Source: a virus (taxonomy: Duplodnaviria > Caudoviricetes). From it: a DNA stretch of 64,000 nt. Each line of letters starts with the position of its first letter. Position 1 is the stretch's first letter. The notes beneath the pieces are model-generated. The model was not told the DNA's origin, did not search any database, and was given only the letters and a program-made list of their open reading frames with translations. This document shows positions 40,101 to 51,081 of the stretch, one piece after another. A program made the translations under genes and the position numbers. The stretch is from the IMG/VR virus record IMGVR_UViG_2838948833_000001, positions 10,725 to 74,724 of that record. One strand, given 5' to 3'.

Positions 40101-42322
40101 ATCGCTTTAGAAATGTATCCAGTGTTATCGTATGTTTGAAATGGGTTTATATCGAGTGGTTTTTCGGGCTCTTCTTCTTTTATTACTCTTCTATTTCCAA
40201 TTATTGATAAAGAAGAAGAAATGTAGGCATCGAATCGAGTTCTGTTATCAGGATCGGTTTCTTTCCATTGTGTAAGAGTTCTATTAAACGGCATATTTCC
40301 CATTTCCCCTATAGGTCTGTTATTGGTTGTTCTGGCGACTCCGATACTATCCTCTATGTAAGATAGTATCACATAAAACTGGGTATCTCTTATTTTTGAA
40401 CCTTGAGGGTTTACTCCTCCAAATTCCTTCTCTTGCTCGCTTAATTCTTTCCACAATTTTTTATGAGGGTCGTTTAAAATAAACCAGCGATATTTCCTTT
40501 CAACCAAATACCTAAGAAAGTTTTCATTAGCAGCTTCAGGAAGTATAGGAACTCCCCAATAAACCATAGCCATAATAACATCCTCAAAAAACAATTCTAC
40601 TTTCTTTGGCCGGAATAAATACTCCATTATAAAGGTATTGTTGGGGAAATATGGATTGTCTTTAGTATGTAAGTGCATTGCGCCATCTGAACCTCTACCA
40701 TCAACAGTTTTACTTCTATTGAATGGGTCAACTCCAATACATCCTAAATGCTCATTAGCCGGAGCAAAAGCGGAAATACCATGTTTGCTTCTTTGTATTT
40801 TTTTATTTCTAATATCAGCAGGAGGATGACAACCGTTTAAAACCCAGAATCTACCATTTATAGGATCAGGAGTCCAAATAACTTCACCATCTTTTATTCC
40901 GTTTTTCCAGCTTAAATTACCTCGTTCAATAGCATCATTTCCATTTTCATTATCACCTAATTCTTCTTCATTATGTTCGATTTGTTCAGTAAGATGGACA
41001 ACATTAAACGCGCAATCACTACTTTCATCTCGGAAAGCATCCGCAGGAGTATCAGGAAATTGACGTTTAAATTCATATTCTTTTTCAGGATCTCCTTTTA
41101 ATGATTCTACTTCTTGCTTTAGAAAAGTATCAGCGCCAATTGAAACCTTTTTTCCAAGGTCGTTTGTGATTGGCTCTTTTGGATCTTCAACGATACTAAA
41201 TCCGTACTCATCAAAGAAACCCTCTAAACAGTATTTAGCAGCAATGAATATTCGATACAGTCCTGACTTGGTTTGCCCGTTCTTGTTTCGGTTCGCTATA
41301 TTGCTGTCATCCCAAATTTTCTTGAATCCTGCACCACCTTTTTTCATTGCGTTTACAGTAGAAACAACCATTGACTTACCAACGATATTACTACCTAAAC
41401 GGTGGGCGGTTTTTACAATTTGCCAATATTCATCAAATGGTACTTCTTTAGGGTATTTTCCTGATTCATCCAGAAGTGAACGGAATATTTCCTCACCATC
41501 CATCGCGTTCATTTCGGTATTATGCCAGGAGATAGAAGTGTCAAGTCCTTGGCCTTCCTCTACTGTTTCGCCTTGTTTTCGCTTTTTGGTTTGCTCAGTA
41601 AATACAAGTTCAGTCTTTGGGGTATTGGTACCATCTGTTTCGGGTTTAAAGAAAGGAGGGTATCGTTTAAAGGCACGAACTAAACGATTGAATATCTTTT
41701 TAGCATCATTACCTTTCTTTGATATCATTCCAAGAATTTTATTTTCATGGATAGAACCACTTTCAAGCATTTCGTTATTACCTAGTGCAGAGGCTCCGAA
41801 ACGTCTGTTCTTTACATACTGCATTCCATAGCAGCGTTCATCAGCTTTACAAGCTTCCCAAAAGATCATTAATTCATTTTGGATGATACGAAGCTTTGGA
41901 TAGTCTGACCCCTCACGGAACCATTGTAAGAAATGCCAATAGGTACCAGTCATATAAACTGGTTTACCATTTAAGTAAATCCAAATACCCTCATCACGAT
42001 ACTTGAATTGTCTTTCTACAAATTCAGAAAACTTTGCATCCCAGCAATTCTCAGCATTCATTCCTTTGGGCAATTCTTCTCTTACCCATTTTTGAAGCTT
42101 TTGAGGTTTATCGAAATTGATTATTTCTTTTTTATCGGGTATTTGAGGTAACCCAATTGGAATGCCGTAAACGTCATATATTTCGCCTAGTGTACCATCT
42201 TTAGAGATAATGACGATATTTAAAATAGGGTTGTATCCGTATTCCCAAGACTTTGTTTTGTTCTTGGCAATTCGGAGTTTTTCATCAACTCTATCTTCAA
42301 TCTTAGTACCTAAGTAATACAT
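40097..42322 (-). CDS. terL: Terminase large subunit
   Basis: Walker A-like KNRRFGAS, Walker B LLDESGK, RQFP....AF, nuclease GVDP and FDA.I. Confidence 0.92.
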   Translation of the reverse strand: MYYLGTKIEDRVDEKLRIAKNKTKSWEYGYNPILNIVIISKDGTLGEIYDVYGIPIGLPQIPDKKEIINFDKPQKLQKWVREELPKGMNAENCWDAKFSEFVERQFKYRDEGIWIYLNGKPVYMTGTYWHFLQWFREGSDYPKLRIIQNELMIFWEACKADERCYGMQYVKNRRFGASALGNNEMLESGSIHENKILGMISKKGNDAKKIFNRLVRAFKRYPPFFKPETDGTNTPKTELVFTEQTKKRKQGETVEEGQGLDTSISWHNTEMNAMDGEEIFRSLLDESGKYPKEVPFDEYWQIVKTAHRLGSNIVGKSMVVSTVNAMKKGGAGFKKIWDDSNIANRNKNGQTKSGLYRIFIAAKYCLEGFFDEYGFSIVEDPKEPITNDLGKKVSIGADTFLKQEVESLKGDPEKEYEFKRQFPDTPADAFRDESSDCAFNVVHLTEQIEHNEEELGDNENGNDAIERGNLSWKNGIKDGEVIWTPDPINGRFWVLNGCHPPADIRNKKIQRSKHGISAFAPANEHLGCIGVDPFNRSKTVDGRGSDGAMHLHTKDNPYFPNNTFIMEYLFRPKKVELFFEDVIMAMVYWGVPILPEAANENFLRYLVERKYRWFILNDPHKKLWKELSEQEKEFGGVNPQGSKIRDTQFYVILSYIEDSIGVARTTNNRPIGEMGNMPFNRTLTQWKETDPDNRTRFDAYISSSLSIIGNRRVIKEEEPEKPLDINPFQTYDNTGYISKAI

Positions 42323-42367
42323 TCCTATTTAAGTATTTAAACTTCAATAGGCTTTTTGTTTTGACAG
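42323..42367 (-). promoter_or_regulatory. terL leader: conserved motif plus hairpin adjacent to the start codon
   Basis: mRNA CUGUCAAAACAAAAAG-CCUAUUGAAGU-UUAAAU-ACUUAAAUAGG-A-AUG. Confidence 0.7.
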
Positions 42368-42727
42368 TTATTTCTTAGTGTGTCTTTTTAAAGGGTTTTT
42401 ATTGGCTGGTGAGGATTTTACTTCATCTTCATTTTCTACAACATCCCAAAACGTAGGATCGTGTAATTCTCTTTCTAATTCATTAATCTTCCCAAGTATT
42501 CCATCTGCTCTATCTAAAGCAGCATCTCGTACACCTAAGAAAGAATACAATTGTTGCTCTGCAGTTTTTATTATATCGCCGTCTTTATCTGTAATATCAG
42601 AGAAAGTGGGAAGTGGTTTAGACACTGCATCAAAAGTATCATCTACTAATTTTTGATACTTCTCAATAAGTGTAGGAATTTCTTTTTTTCGTTTCTCTTG
42701 TAATTTTCCGTTATCCATATTATCCAA
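42368..42727 (-). CDS. Putative terminase small subunit
   Basis: Small helical protein immediately upstream of terL. Confidence 0.55.
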   Translation of the reverse strand: MDNMDNGKLQEKRKKEIPTLIEKYQKLVDDTFDAVSKPLPTFSDITDKDGDIIKTAEQQLYSFLGVRDAALDRADGILGKINELERELHDPTFWDVVENEDEVKSSPANKNPLKRHTKK

Positions 42728-43313
42728 CTTTAGCTAAACAATCTTTCGTTCGAATCCAAGTATATTCTTTGCCATCAATATAAACATCAACTCCGTAGTA
42801 ATCGTTGTAACGAATGGTGTCGCCTTTGATTACTTCATCCCTAAGCAAATCAGCATTTGGAATTTGCACAACGGCAACTCCTTTGATTTCTTTCGGTCTG
42901 GCGATTTCAGTAATAATTAATCCTGATTTATTTTCTTCTCCTGAGTCCATAACCTTAGAAACAATTAGATTTTCTCCAAAACCAATCCATTCGCTTTGAC
43001 TATCTTTTCTAACCGCAATTATCATATTTGCTTGAACTTTAAAAAATCCCTTGTGTCCTGAAATTTCATTGTTCGCTCCTTTACCATGATCATAAAGATT
43101 TTGAAAGTAAATAGTTGGATCAATAAAGGCCTGATAACCTACAATATCCTCGCCCTCATAATTAAGAGGCATTGCTTTAATTTCAACTTCGCGTTGTGCC
43201 AATCGCTTTTGAAGAAAACGATTATCTCCAAAAAGCTCTAAACCACTTTCTGTTTTGAAAGTTTCATTAAAAACAACATCAGTATAAACAATAAAGTCAT
43301 GTAGTGATTTCAT
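42720..43313 (-). CDS. GroES-like (tandem) co-chaperonin homologue
   Basis: Two GroES-like repeats, each with a mobile-loop-like (T/K)(E)SGL motif; GD.I.Y...IDGKEY..IR..D. Confidence 0.7.
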   Translation of the reverse strand: MKSLHDFIVYTDVVFNETFKTESGLELFGDNRFLQKRLAQREVEIKAMPLNYEGEDIVGYQAFIDPTIYFQNLYDHGKGANNEISGHKGFFKVQANMIIAVRKDSQSEWIGFGENLIVSKVMDSGEENKSGLIITEIARPKEIKGVAVVQIPNADLLRDEVIKGDTIRYNDYYGVDVYIDGKEYTWIRTKDCLAKVG

Positions 43314-43335
43314 AGATAAAAACTATTATGAATTG

Positions 43336-43364
43336 ATTCAAAGATAGAAAAAATTTATACAATT
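43336..43364 (-). promoter_or_regulatory. Late promoter, class B (TATCTTTG -7)
   Basis: Near-identical to 51538-51566. Confidence 0.7.
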
Positions 43365-43387
43365 ATTACACATTCGATATGTAATGA

Positions 43388-43822
43388 TTATATAAAAAAT
43401 CTTTTTAAAGACTTCCTAAAGACATATACACCAACTGAAATAATTGCCAAGAGTATAATTATTGGCCACCAACTAAATTGCTTTCGGTCAATATGTTTGT
43501 CTTTTTCTTGACTTTTGTCTTTTTCAGATTGGTCTATATCTGTTTCGGTCTGTTTTGATTTTTCTTCTAGAGTTTCCTTTTTCTGTTCTTTCTTTTCGGT
43601 AGAAGGATTGTAGATTTTCCTTTTTCCTGCTTCTTCAATGATAGAATCAGCTCGAAAGTTTTCAGTGTAGATGTATTCGGAAAGGCTTTTTCGTTCGTTT
43701 TCAAGCTCTTTAATCTTTACAGAAAGATTAGTTTCAATATCATTAATACGCTTGTGTAAATCAACTTTACGCGATCCACAACCAATAACAATAAATGATA
43801 ATAGGACGATTAAATACTTCAT
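43388..43822 (-). CDS. Lipoprotein with C-terminal TM helix (unimolecular spanin-like)
   Basis: Lipobox IVIG-C, coiled coil and C-terminal TM; follows the endolysin. Confidence 0.7.
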   Translation of the reverse strand: MKYLIVLLSFIVIGCGSRKVDLHKRINDIETNLSVKIKELENERKSLSEYIYTENFRADSIIEEAGKRKIYNPSTEKKEQKKETLEEKSKQTETDIDQSEKDKSQEKDKHIDRKQFSWWPIIILLAIISVGVYVFRKSLKRFFI

Positions 43823-43824
43823 AA

Positions 43825-44367
43825 CTATTGATTTTTATCCCATTTAATTAACCAATTCGAAACTATTTCAACCAAACAATCTTCATTTTCGTGAAATGCT
43901 TTCATGTCTCCAAGATTCGTTATAAATCCAAACTCAATCAGAACTGTAATTCCTCCTTTGGATAATATCCCGATTTTACCTCTTGCAGTTTGAGATTCTC
44001 TTCTAACACCTCTATTAGGGATCCCCATTGCTTTAGAACAGTTATCTACTAATTCTTGTGCAGCTATTAAGGTTTCAGAGCTTGCATTGTCATGAACAAA
44101 TACTCCGCATCCTGAAGCTGTTGGCCCTGCTGCATCTAAATGCATATCAAGCAGAACATCTCCTTTTACAGGTCGGATTCTAGATTGATATTGAGTATTA
44201 GTTTCGTGATTTTGGTCAGTAATATATTTGTGACCTAATAGTTCAAGTCTTTTGATAAGTTTATTTCTAAACCTATCCATTTCTTTCATTTCAATAAATC
44301 CATTCGCGACTGCTCCTGGATCATTGTCGTGATGCCCAGCACTAGGGTAAGACATTTCGTTTGCCAT
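43825..44367 (-). CDS. Endolysin, N-acetylmuramoyl-L-alanine amidase (Amidase_3)
   Basis: AGH...DPGAVANG..E, D.H.DA, VLIEFGFITN..D. Confidence 0.92.
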   Translation of the reverse strand: MANEMSYPSAGHHDNDPGAVANGFIEMKEMDRFRNKLIKRLELLGHKYITDQNHETNTQYQSRIRPVKGDVLLDMHLDAAGPTASGCGVFVHDNASSETLIAAQELVDNCSKAMGIPNRGVRRESQTARGKIGILSKGGITVLIEFGFITNLGDMKAFHENEDCLVEIVSNWLIKWDKNQ

Positions 44368-44410
44368 TTCAATTCAGTTTAAGGTGAAAAGGCTTTTTGT
44401 ATTTTGACAG
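44368..44410 (-). promoter_or_regulatory. Endolysin leader: conserved motif plus AUG-sequestering hairpin
   Basis: mRNA CUGUCAAAAUACAAAAA-GCCUUUUCA...UGAAAUGGC; the AUG lies in the 3' arm. Confidence 0.7.
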
Positions 44411-44938
44411 TTATTCTTCTTTATTTTTACTATCGAAGAATGCTTTTAAATCACCATTCTTCTCGAAGTCATAAAGTTTTTTCATTATAAATTCAGGAGG
44501 ATATTTTCCCCTACTTAAAATGTGGATGTTTTTTAAAACTTTAGATGTTGGATATAACAATGTTGTTATTTGAATTAACACCTTAAAAGCTTCTCCTACT
44601 AGATTATCTCCAGCTGTGTATCTTAGCATTTCCAACATTATATAGACTACAGATACTGCTAGTATCATGAAAGCATTTCTAACTAAGAAATCCCACCAAC
44701 TAAAGCTTTTATTTCTCAAATGAAATACTACACCAACCCCCATATTAACAGCTAATGCAATAATCATAAATTGACCAAACTGTTGATTTTCTGTAAACCA
44801 CCAATTTATTTGACTTAAAATAAAGGCGACTGGGGCTAATCTAGTGATTATAGACAGATAGTATTCTAATCTATCCGACCATTTAACGCAGGGCTCTGAC
44901 AGTAATGCAATTCTAGTAAGGATTTGTTGTAGGCTCAT
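44411..44938 (-). CDS. Holin
   Basis: Several TM segments, S..KN...L...K.PP motif; upstream of the endolysin. Confidence 0.75.
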   Translation of the reverse strand: MSLQQILTRIALLSEPCVKWSDRLEYYLSIITRLAPVAFILSQINWWFTENQQFGQFMIIALAVNMGVGVVFHLRNKSFSWWDFLVRNAFMILAVSVVYIMLEMLRYTAGDNLVGEAFKVLIQITTLLYPTSKVLKNIHILSRGKYPPEFIMKKLYDFEKNGDLKAFFDSKNKEE

Positions 44939-45231
44939 TACTCCATGTTTTGAAATTCTCCAGTCATTGGATTGATATTTACCCTTCCATATGTTTGTGT
45001 TAACTCATTGATCAGCTTTTGTCTTTCAAAAATAACTTCTGAATTGGAACCATCTAAAACACTTTTCGCTTGTTTAAGTTCAAACTCACGTTGATATAAT
45101 TCAGCAGCTTGCTGATTAATTTGTTCAAACTTCTGATTCGATTCTTGAAGTTTTGCTAAATGCAAGGAAGAAATCTTGTTTACTTTTTCTTCAACTGATT
45201 GCTCTACTGGTGTTTGTTTTTCTTTGTTCAT
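44938..45231 (-). CDS. Coiled-coil hypothetical protein (possible fibre chaperone)
   Basis: Ends L...YG.VNI...TGE. Confidence 0.65.
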   Translation of the reverse strand: MNKEKQTPVEQSVEEKVNKISSLHLAKLQESNQKFEQINQQAAELYQREFELKQAKSVLDGSNSEVIFERQKLINELTQTYGRVNINPMTGEFQNME

Positions 45232-45239
45232 TTTATTAT

Positions 45240-46127
45240 TTAAATTAAAGGTTGTTTTCTGAAAATTCCTGACCTAGCTTCTCCAATGTAAATCTCCAAT
45301 ACTGGTAAATCGTCAATGTTCATTAGGCCATAATCAATTGTTATTTTGTTTTGTCTAAAAGCTTCAAATGATAGTTTTTGATCTGGTTGTATTAAGTTTT
45401 CAAAATATCGAATGCAGTTAGTGCCTGTAATACTTTGAATGTGAATTTTAGCAGGATATTCACCACTTAAAAATGTCTCGAAAAAATCAATAACCTCTTG
45501 ACTATTTGTTGTTAGTGTTGAATTGTTCACACTATAATTCAAAGCATTTGCAAGGTCTTGGTGATTGATGTATTGCGTTCGTTCTAGGTTGAAAATATCT
45601 AGTTGGGCGAGGATATTAAAATTCAAAACTATATGTCCTATAGGTCCATAGTCTGTCGCTTCTGCATACATGTAATAGAATCGCTGCCTTGTATCTTCTG
45701 TAAATAAAACACCGTCATCAGACCATAATAAATCAACGTATCCCAAACGTGTTTCATATTGCCCAGCTCCACCACCATAACTAAACCCAATTTGGTTGTT
45801 TTCAAGATTTTCTCTTTTAATTACATCACCAACAATCAGGTTGAAATTAGGATGAGAAGCATAATCACTACTTCTAACATTCATATTGTTTATTTCGGCA
45901 ATTTTCAGGGCCTTAAATTCTCTCCCTTGATTTGGTTTATAAGGAGGGAAAGTGTCCGTAGTTACATCATTCAAAGTAAGGTTATACCCTTTAGAGACAT
46001 CATTTACAATACTAGTTAATTGGTTATCGTGGCTAATATCCTTATCCGCCCAAGTGATAACATTGCTGCCGGTTCTTATACTTGAACTAGATGTATTTCT
46101 AACTGCTATCAATTTCAATTCTGCCAT
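45240..46127 (-). CDS. Tail-associated structural protein
   Basis: Start MAELKLIA parallels MSELKIVA of the upstream gene. Confidence 0.65.
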   Translation of the reverse strand: MAELKLIAVRNTSSSSIRTGSNVITWADKDISHDNQLTSIVNDVSKGYNLTLNDVTTDTFPPYKPNQGREFKALKIAEINNMNVRSSDYASHPNFNLIVGDVIKRENLENNQIGFSYGGGAGQYETRLGYVDLLWSDDGVLFTEDTRQRFYYMYAEATDYGPIGHIVLNFNILAQLDIFNLERTQYINHQDLANALNYSVNNSTLTTNSQEVIDFFETFLSGEYPAKIHIQSITGTNCIRYFENLIQPDQKLSFEAFRQNKITIDYGLMNIDDLPVLEIYIGEARSGIFRKQPLI

Positions 46128-46128
46128 A

Positions 46129-46923
46129 TTATAAACCTGAATATTGACCACTTCCGACATCAGCGACATCGAATGTGATAGTTGTTGCAATTCCTTCTGC
46201 TGTACCTGGAGGATAGAAAGCTTTTAATTCTCCTGTTTCTAAATTCGTTGCGAAAAACTCTTGATTATTTTGAATTCTAACTCCATTGTATGTAATGATA
46301 GCTGGACCTACAATGCGAGGTGTTATTACTTTCAATGGCGCATCACCTTCAGGATCTCCATAAGGTGGTGTTGTATCCACAGTAAATACATTTATGTTTA
46401 AGGGGACGAGCATACCAATCGGGCATTCTATGGTGTTATTTCCGATTGAATTTGGTGGTAGATTTGTTCCTGATACAACATCGATAAACAACTTGGCAGA
46501 TTCGTTAATGTAATCTGAAGTAATATTTTCTACACTGTTAAATGCAGATGCTGTGTATTCTACGTAATCACTTCCAATGGCATTACCTTTTACTTTGAAA
46601 AGGTTTCCATCTAAAGTGGTTTTGCTGATTTCTCCATTTTGCACTGAGTTACTCACATAACGAATAACTTGACCATTATTGGTCAATGTTGCTATTGTTG
46701 CTGTACCAGATGGACGCAAAATGTTATCCACATTTATTCCTGGTCCAAGTACTTTAATTCCCGCAATAGGCCGACCAAATTCATGGCGATAACTTGGAGT
46801 AGAATTCGATAATTCTACTCTCGTTATATTGACTGTTTGCCCAACTACAACACGTATTCTAACGTCTCCAATTCGTTCAGGAGGTATATTCGAATTTGTT
46901 GCAACTATTTTAAGTTCTGACAT
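46129..46923 (-). CDS. Tail-associated protein with two Ig-like repeats
   Basis: PP..IG...I.......I.......T.P.Y repeated twice. Confidence 0.65.
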   Translation of the reverse strand: MSELKIVATNSNIPPERIGDVRIRVVVGQTVNITRVELSNSTPSYRHEFGRPIAGIKVLGPGINVDNILRPSGTATIATLTNNGQVIRYVSNSVQNGEISKTTLDGNLFKVKGNAIGSDYVEYTASAFNSVENITSDYINESAKLFIDVVSGTNLPPNSIGNNTIECPIGMLVPLNINVFTVDTTPPYGDPEGDAPLKVITPRIVGPAIITYNGVRIQNNQEFFATNLETGELKAFYPPGTAEGIATTITFDVADVGSGQYSGL

Positions 46924-46933
46924 AATTTACCTT

Positions 46934-49873
46934 TTAAAACATCCAAGGATTGAAATAAGCAACTCTCTCGTTGACAGAATAACCAAATACTCGGTTTACG
47001 CTACTTGTTGCATTATGGGCCATTAAAGCACCTTTATTAAACGTATGGAATATCTTTCCGTTGTTTATTTCATAAACTAAAGCTTCTAATTCTTTAGATA
47101 TATGTCCAGAATAATATCCTTTAAGTAATATTGATTTCATATCACCTAGTAAAATACCTAATACTGCTGTATTTCCAACATTTAGCTGTTCTGAGTTAGA
47201 AGTATCATTCCATTTTCGCCACTGACCGTCGTTACCTAAATAAACAACAGTAGGTTCAGATACATTTAATATTTTTTGACTGCTTAATATCTCTCCAGAA
47301 CCTGAACCGTAGTCAGAATTACTTAATTGTCCATGAGCTTTTTCTTCATTAAACACACTTATTCCAGAACCATATTTGGAAACCCAATCTTCAGAACCTG
47401 TTCCAGAACCACCACCACTAATATTTTCTTGAATAAATTTCCAATTCGGAATATCCATGTCGCCAAATGAATGTTGTGTTTTATATGATTGAACATTCGA
47501 AAATTCTCCTTTACCGTCTGAAAACATCTCATACGCATTGCTACGTATAGAAGCTGACTTTCCATTTCCAATGATAAATAGTGGCGAATAATTATTGATT
47601 GTATTAGTTGTAGTGCTTAAAATAGGATCGTTATAACGTCCAGTTACAGTGCATCCGCGTTGGTTGTTTTGTAAAAAAGGACCTATTACGACTCCTTCCA
47701 TTGCTGTATTTACAGAATATGGGCCTAAAGCTAAACCATACGTACCAGTATTAGCACTAAGCTCCCCAATAGCTAAACCAGAATTCCCATCTGAATTAGC
47801 AGCTGTACCAATGCCTATTGCGTTGTATTTTGTTGCTCCACTACCTCTACCAATTGCAATTGCTCCATCACGAGTAGCAAGTGAATCATAATTTCTAATT
47901 CTTAAACCTCCTTGTGGTGTATGCTCCCAAATAGAATCAGCTCCTTGGGCTATTTTTAATACAACATAATCGGATATTACTTTAGCTGTGACTGTTCTAC
48001 TAACTGTAGCAGTACCTGTATTTAAATCTGCTAATGTAATCGCAGGATATGTAGTGTTTGTCGCTGATATTACATTATTTGCACTGATTTGAATATTGGT
48101 ACCAGCTGTTAAGGTTTGAGTAGAAAAACCTTGAGCGGCTACCCAATCTCTATCGGCAAACATTTTCCAAGAGTTCTCAGTATTTTCCCCATCAAAAGTT
48201 TTGTACCATAGTAAATCTTGACCTGATGCTTTATGTATATGAAAACCAGTTTGATTTGTATTATTAGATACTCGTTCCCAACGTATACCACCACCTACTG
48301 TACCATAAGGATACCCTATGTTACCTGCTAATGTTCTATATGCTAATAATCCTGTATCTTTCAATCGAGAAGTAGAATCTTGATAATCTCTTAAAGCTAA
48401 TGAATCTAGTCTTATATTATTACCATCACTGATACTAATACTCCCCATAGAATTACCTAAAGTTAATGTTTGAATTTGGTTAGGTAAATTACCTGTATGA
48501 TATACTTCTTTCCAATTTGTATAACCACCGTTATGTTTAGTTCTTATAGCTAATCTCCCGCCATCATTAGTATTATGGCCAATTTCATAATGCATTTGTA
48601 ATGCCATATTGGAAGATGTACCTTGAAAATGTATTAATCCACCATAACCAAAAAAAGCTCCATTAGTTAACCAACCGCCTGTACCATAAGAAGCAACCAT
48701 ACCACCTGTTTTGTCATTAAACCAAGTATTTGCATCCGCACTAGTACCACCAACTGCTCTTGATGATAAATTATCAAAGTTCCAAAATTTACTTTTTGCC
48801 CAATTATTTAAAACTTTCGCATTCCATAATTGATTAACTGTTGATGTTCCTTCGTTAATTATTAAATCGTTACCTGCAGTATAGGTTGTGTCTGTTGTAA
48901 CATATCCTTGGTCGTTTTGAAGTTGTGAAAGTTTTGTTAGATTTCTACTATGCCAAATTCTATTCCATGTAGAACCATTAGTATCATTATTAACTCTAAA
49001 ATACATTTCATTACCATCTAGAGTATTGTATATTTGACTAATGTAATTTATACTACCTGATTGAAAATATCTCTGAGATAAAAAACCACCTTGGTTAGTT
49101 GGTTTATTTGTCGACCCTGAGTGAACGTATGCCTCATATGAACCGATTAGATTATCATTTAAATTATGCGAACTTGATGATAAACTTAGTGTTGCTTTTG
49201 GGTTATATACTAGATATAATCCCGCGTGATCTCCTCTGTCATAAGCTTGTTTCCATTGACTTGAATCACCGTGGATTGAACTTCTAATGAAACCATCTCC
49301 AGAAAATACTGTTTGGTTATCTGTAATTTGACAACCTAATGGTCTTATAACAACTCCTACAGTTGATGAAGAACCTAAAGAATTATTTGCTAATATAGTT
49401 CCATGTTGTCCTTTAGATAAGAAAGTAACACCACTGTTGTTAATCATCTGAGTAGCAGTTGAGAAGTCTAATACTCCAGACATTGTATCTCCAATCTTCT
49501 TTACAAATGTATTATCATCTGTAAAGACAACACTAGCATTTGCAAGATCCGATTTTAGTATATATCTAAATCCTGGAGTTCCATTCATTGAAACGGGAGC
49601 CATGAATACTGTGCCTTGTAATTGGTTTTTTAAAGACACAACCAAACTGCGATTGTTATAATCTAAGCTTTCAGTATTCAGGTTAAATATAGACGGAAAT
49701 GCGATTGATAAGCCAGGGATATATGACTCCTTACTTGCTGTACTAATTGTACCAAGTTCACGTTTAAATAAATTGCCATCAGTTTGTACAATAGCAGAAA
49801 GACTACTATTTGAAATTGGCAAATTCTCAATAGTAGCTGTACCTTCTATTACTACATTATCGCCTATTTTCAT
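46934..49873 (-). CDS. Tail fibre / receptor-binding protein with YadA-head-like repeats
   Basis: W....H..N repeats; 14-residue AIG repeats; LFIIGNG.....RSNA. Confidence 0.8.
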   Translation of the reverse strand: MKIGDNVVIEGTATIENLPISNSSLSAIVQTDGNLFKRELGTISTASKESYIPGLSIAFPSIFNLNTESLDYNNRSLVVSLKNQLQGTVFMAPVSMNGTPGFRYILKSDLANASVVFTDDNTFVKKIGDTMSGVLDFSTATQMINNSGVTFLSKGQHGTILANNSLGSSSTVGVVIRPLGCQITDNQTVFSGDGFIRSSIHGDSSQWKQAYDRGDHAGLYLVYNPKATLSLSSSSHNLNDNLIGSYEAYVHSGSTNKPTNQGGFLSQRYFQSGSINYISQIYNTLDGNEMYFRVNNDTNGSTWNRIWHSRNLTKLSQLQNDQGYVTTDTTYTAGNDLIINEGTSTVNQLWNAKVLNNWAKSKFWNFDNLSSRAVGGTSADANTWFNDKTGGMVASYGTGGWLTNGAFFGYGGLIHFQGTSSNMALQMHYEIGHNTNDGGRLAIRTKHNGGYTNWKEVYHTGNLPNQIQTLTLGNSMGSISISDGNNIRLDSLALRDYQDSTSRLKDTGLLAYRTLAGNIGYPYGTVGGGIRWERVSNNTNQTGFHIHKASGQDLLWYKTFDGENTENSWKMFADRDWVAAQGFSTQTLTAGTNIQISANNVISATNTTYPAITLADLNTGTATVSRTVTAKVISDYVVLKIAQGADSIWEHTPQGGLRIRNYDSLATRDGAIAIGRGSGATKYNAIGIGTAANSDGNSGLAIGELSANTGTYGLALGPYSVNTAMEGVVIGPFLQNNQRGCTVTGRYNDPILSTTTNTINNYSPLFIIGNGKSASIRSNAYEMFSDGKGEFSNVQSYKTQHSFGDMDIPNWKFIQENISGGGSGTGSEDWVSKYGSGISVFNEEKAHGQLSNSDYGSGSGEILSSQKILNVSEPTVVYLGNDGQWRKWNDTSNSEQLNVGNTAVLGILLGDMKSILLKGYYSGHISKELEALVYEINNGKIFHTFNKGALMAHNATSSVNRVFGYSVNERVAYFNPWMF

Positions 49874-49876
49874 CTA

Positions 49877-51079
49877 TTAACCTTTTGGAATGATTACTAC
49901 CTTAACTTTATTTAAACCTGGAGGTCTTCCAAATGATACCAAAATTTGAGTATTACTAATAATTTGATAATCTACTAAGTATTTTATTTTAGCAGGCATT
50001 TCAAAAAAATCTGCAATTAAATCTTCTGTATTAAGTCCGTGTTCAATTGTAAACTTGTTATTTGTTGTGTCTCCAAAAACAACAACATATCCCTTATTTG
50101 CAGAAGCATCTACAACCGCTTTCACCTTTTCAGGCGTCATCATTGTAGTATTATCTTCACCTGCCAAAGCCTCTGCTGTAGTTGAAATCCTAGCAATACC
50201 TGTACGTGTTTCAGTAGCAGTTCTTGCAGATAATCCAGCAGGAGTAATTGCCTTATTGTTATTATTTCCTGCTTGAACTTCTGCATTTGTTGCAAGCATA
50301 ACCATACCAAGAATGGTAGTTGTTGCTTGATCTGCATTAGTTTGCAAGAAGATATAATCATTCGCGTTAGTATTGCTTGGATTGTCTTTGTTGGCTACGA
50401 TTACATCACCAACTTGAAAAGGCACACCTTGAATAGAACCTGCTACCGTTACATACCAAAAATCAGCTTTCTTAGTATTTGCTCCACCTGGGAAATTTGT
50501 ATTTGTAGCAGCATCATAACCGCCTATCAATTTACCTAATCCAGCAATTGAAGCATCAACATAAGCCTTTACAGCCCCACTTGTTACAAGTGAAGTTCCA
50601 TTGGCACCTGATAAGTCATTTGCATTTATAATTGGAATAGCAGAAGATACCCCAGTTCCTGTAGCAGCTCGTCCAATTACAGTCATTGTTGGAATATCAT
50701 TTATCTTCGCAAATGTGACATTCTTGTCTGTAATTTTAACCGTGGTTACAGCGCTATTAGCCAATTTAGCAGTCGTAACACCTAAGTCTTTAAGTCTAAC
50801 AACACCACCACCGATTTCGATACCTGCATTATCTAAATTTAGGTTGATTGTTGCTACACCATCAGCTTGAGCAACATTGATACCTCCGTCTGTGTTTTCT
50901 ACTTTGTCTAGTGTGCCTAGTTTTACCCATTTGGTTCCCTCCCAATACTTAACTGCTTTTTCAGTAGTATTGTAATATATTTGGCTCTCAACAGGATTAG
51001 CTGGTGGTTGAGGGCGAGGATCTAGCGGCACATTAATTATTGCATGCTGATCTAAATTTAATACGTCTCCTATTCTCAT
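49877..51079 (-). CDS. Tail fibre protein
   Basis: VTTAKLAN.AVT repeats; AT....G...LAT.AE.......ITP repeats; HGL.T. Confidence 0.8.
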   Translation of the reverse strand: MRIGDVLNLDQHAIINVPLDPRPQPPANPVESQIYYNTTEKAVKYWEGTKWVKLGTLDKVENTDGGINVAQADGVATINLNLDNAGIEIGGGVVRLKDLGVTTAKLANSAVTTVKITDKNVTFAKINDIPTMTVIGRAATGTGVSSAIPIINANDLSGANGTSLVTSGAVKAYVDASIAGLGKLIGGYDAATNTNFPGGANTKKADFWYVTVAGSIQGVPFQVGDVIVANKDNPSNTNANDYIFLQTNADQATTTILGMVMLATNAEVQAGNNNNKAITPAGLSARTATETRTGIARISTTAEALAGEDNTTMMTPEKVKAVVDASANKGYVVVFGDTTNNKFTIEHGLNTEDLIADFFEMPAKIKYLVDYQIISNTQILVSFGRPPGLNKVKVVIIPKG

Positions 51080-51081
51080 TC

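Noticed and set aside
41166-41831. Long antisense ORFs (also 21677-22246, 2068-2478, 38620-38931 and others)
   Set aside because: Shadows of well-supported genes on the opposite strand, with no recognisable motifs
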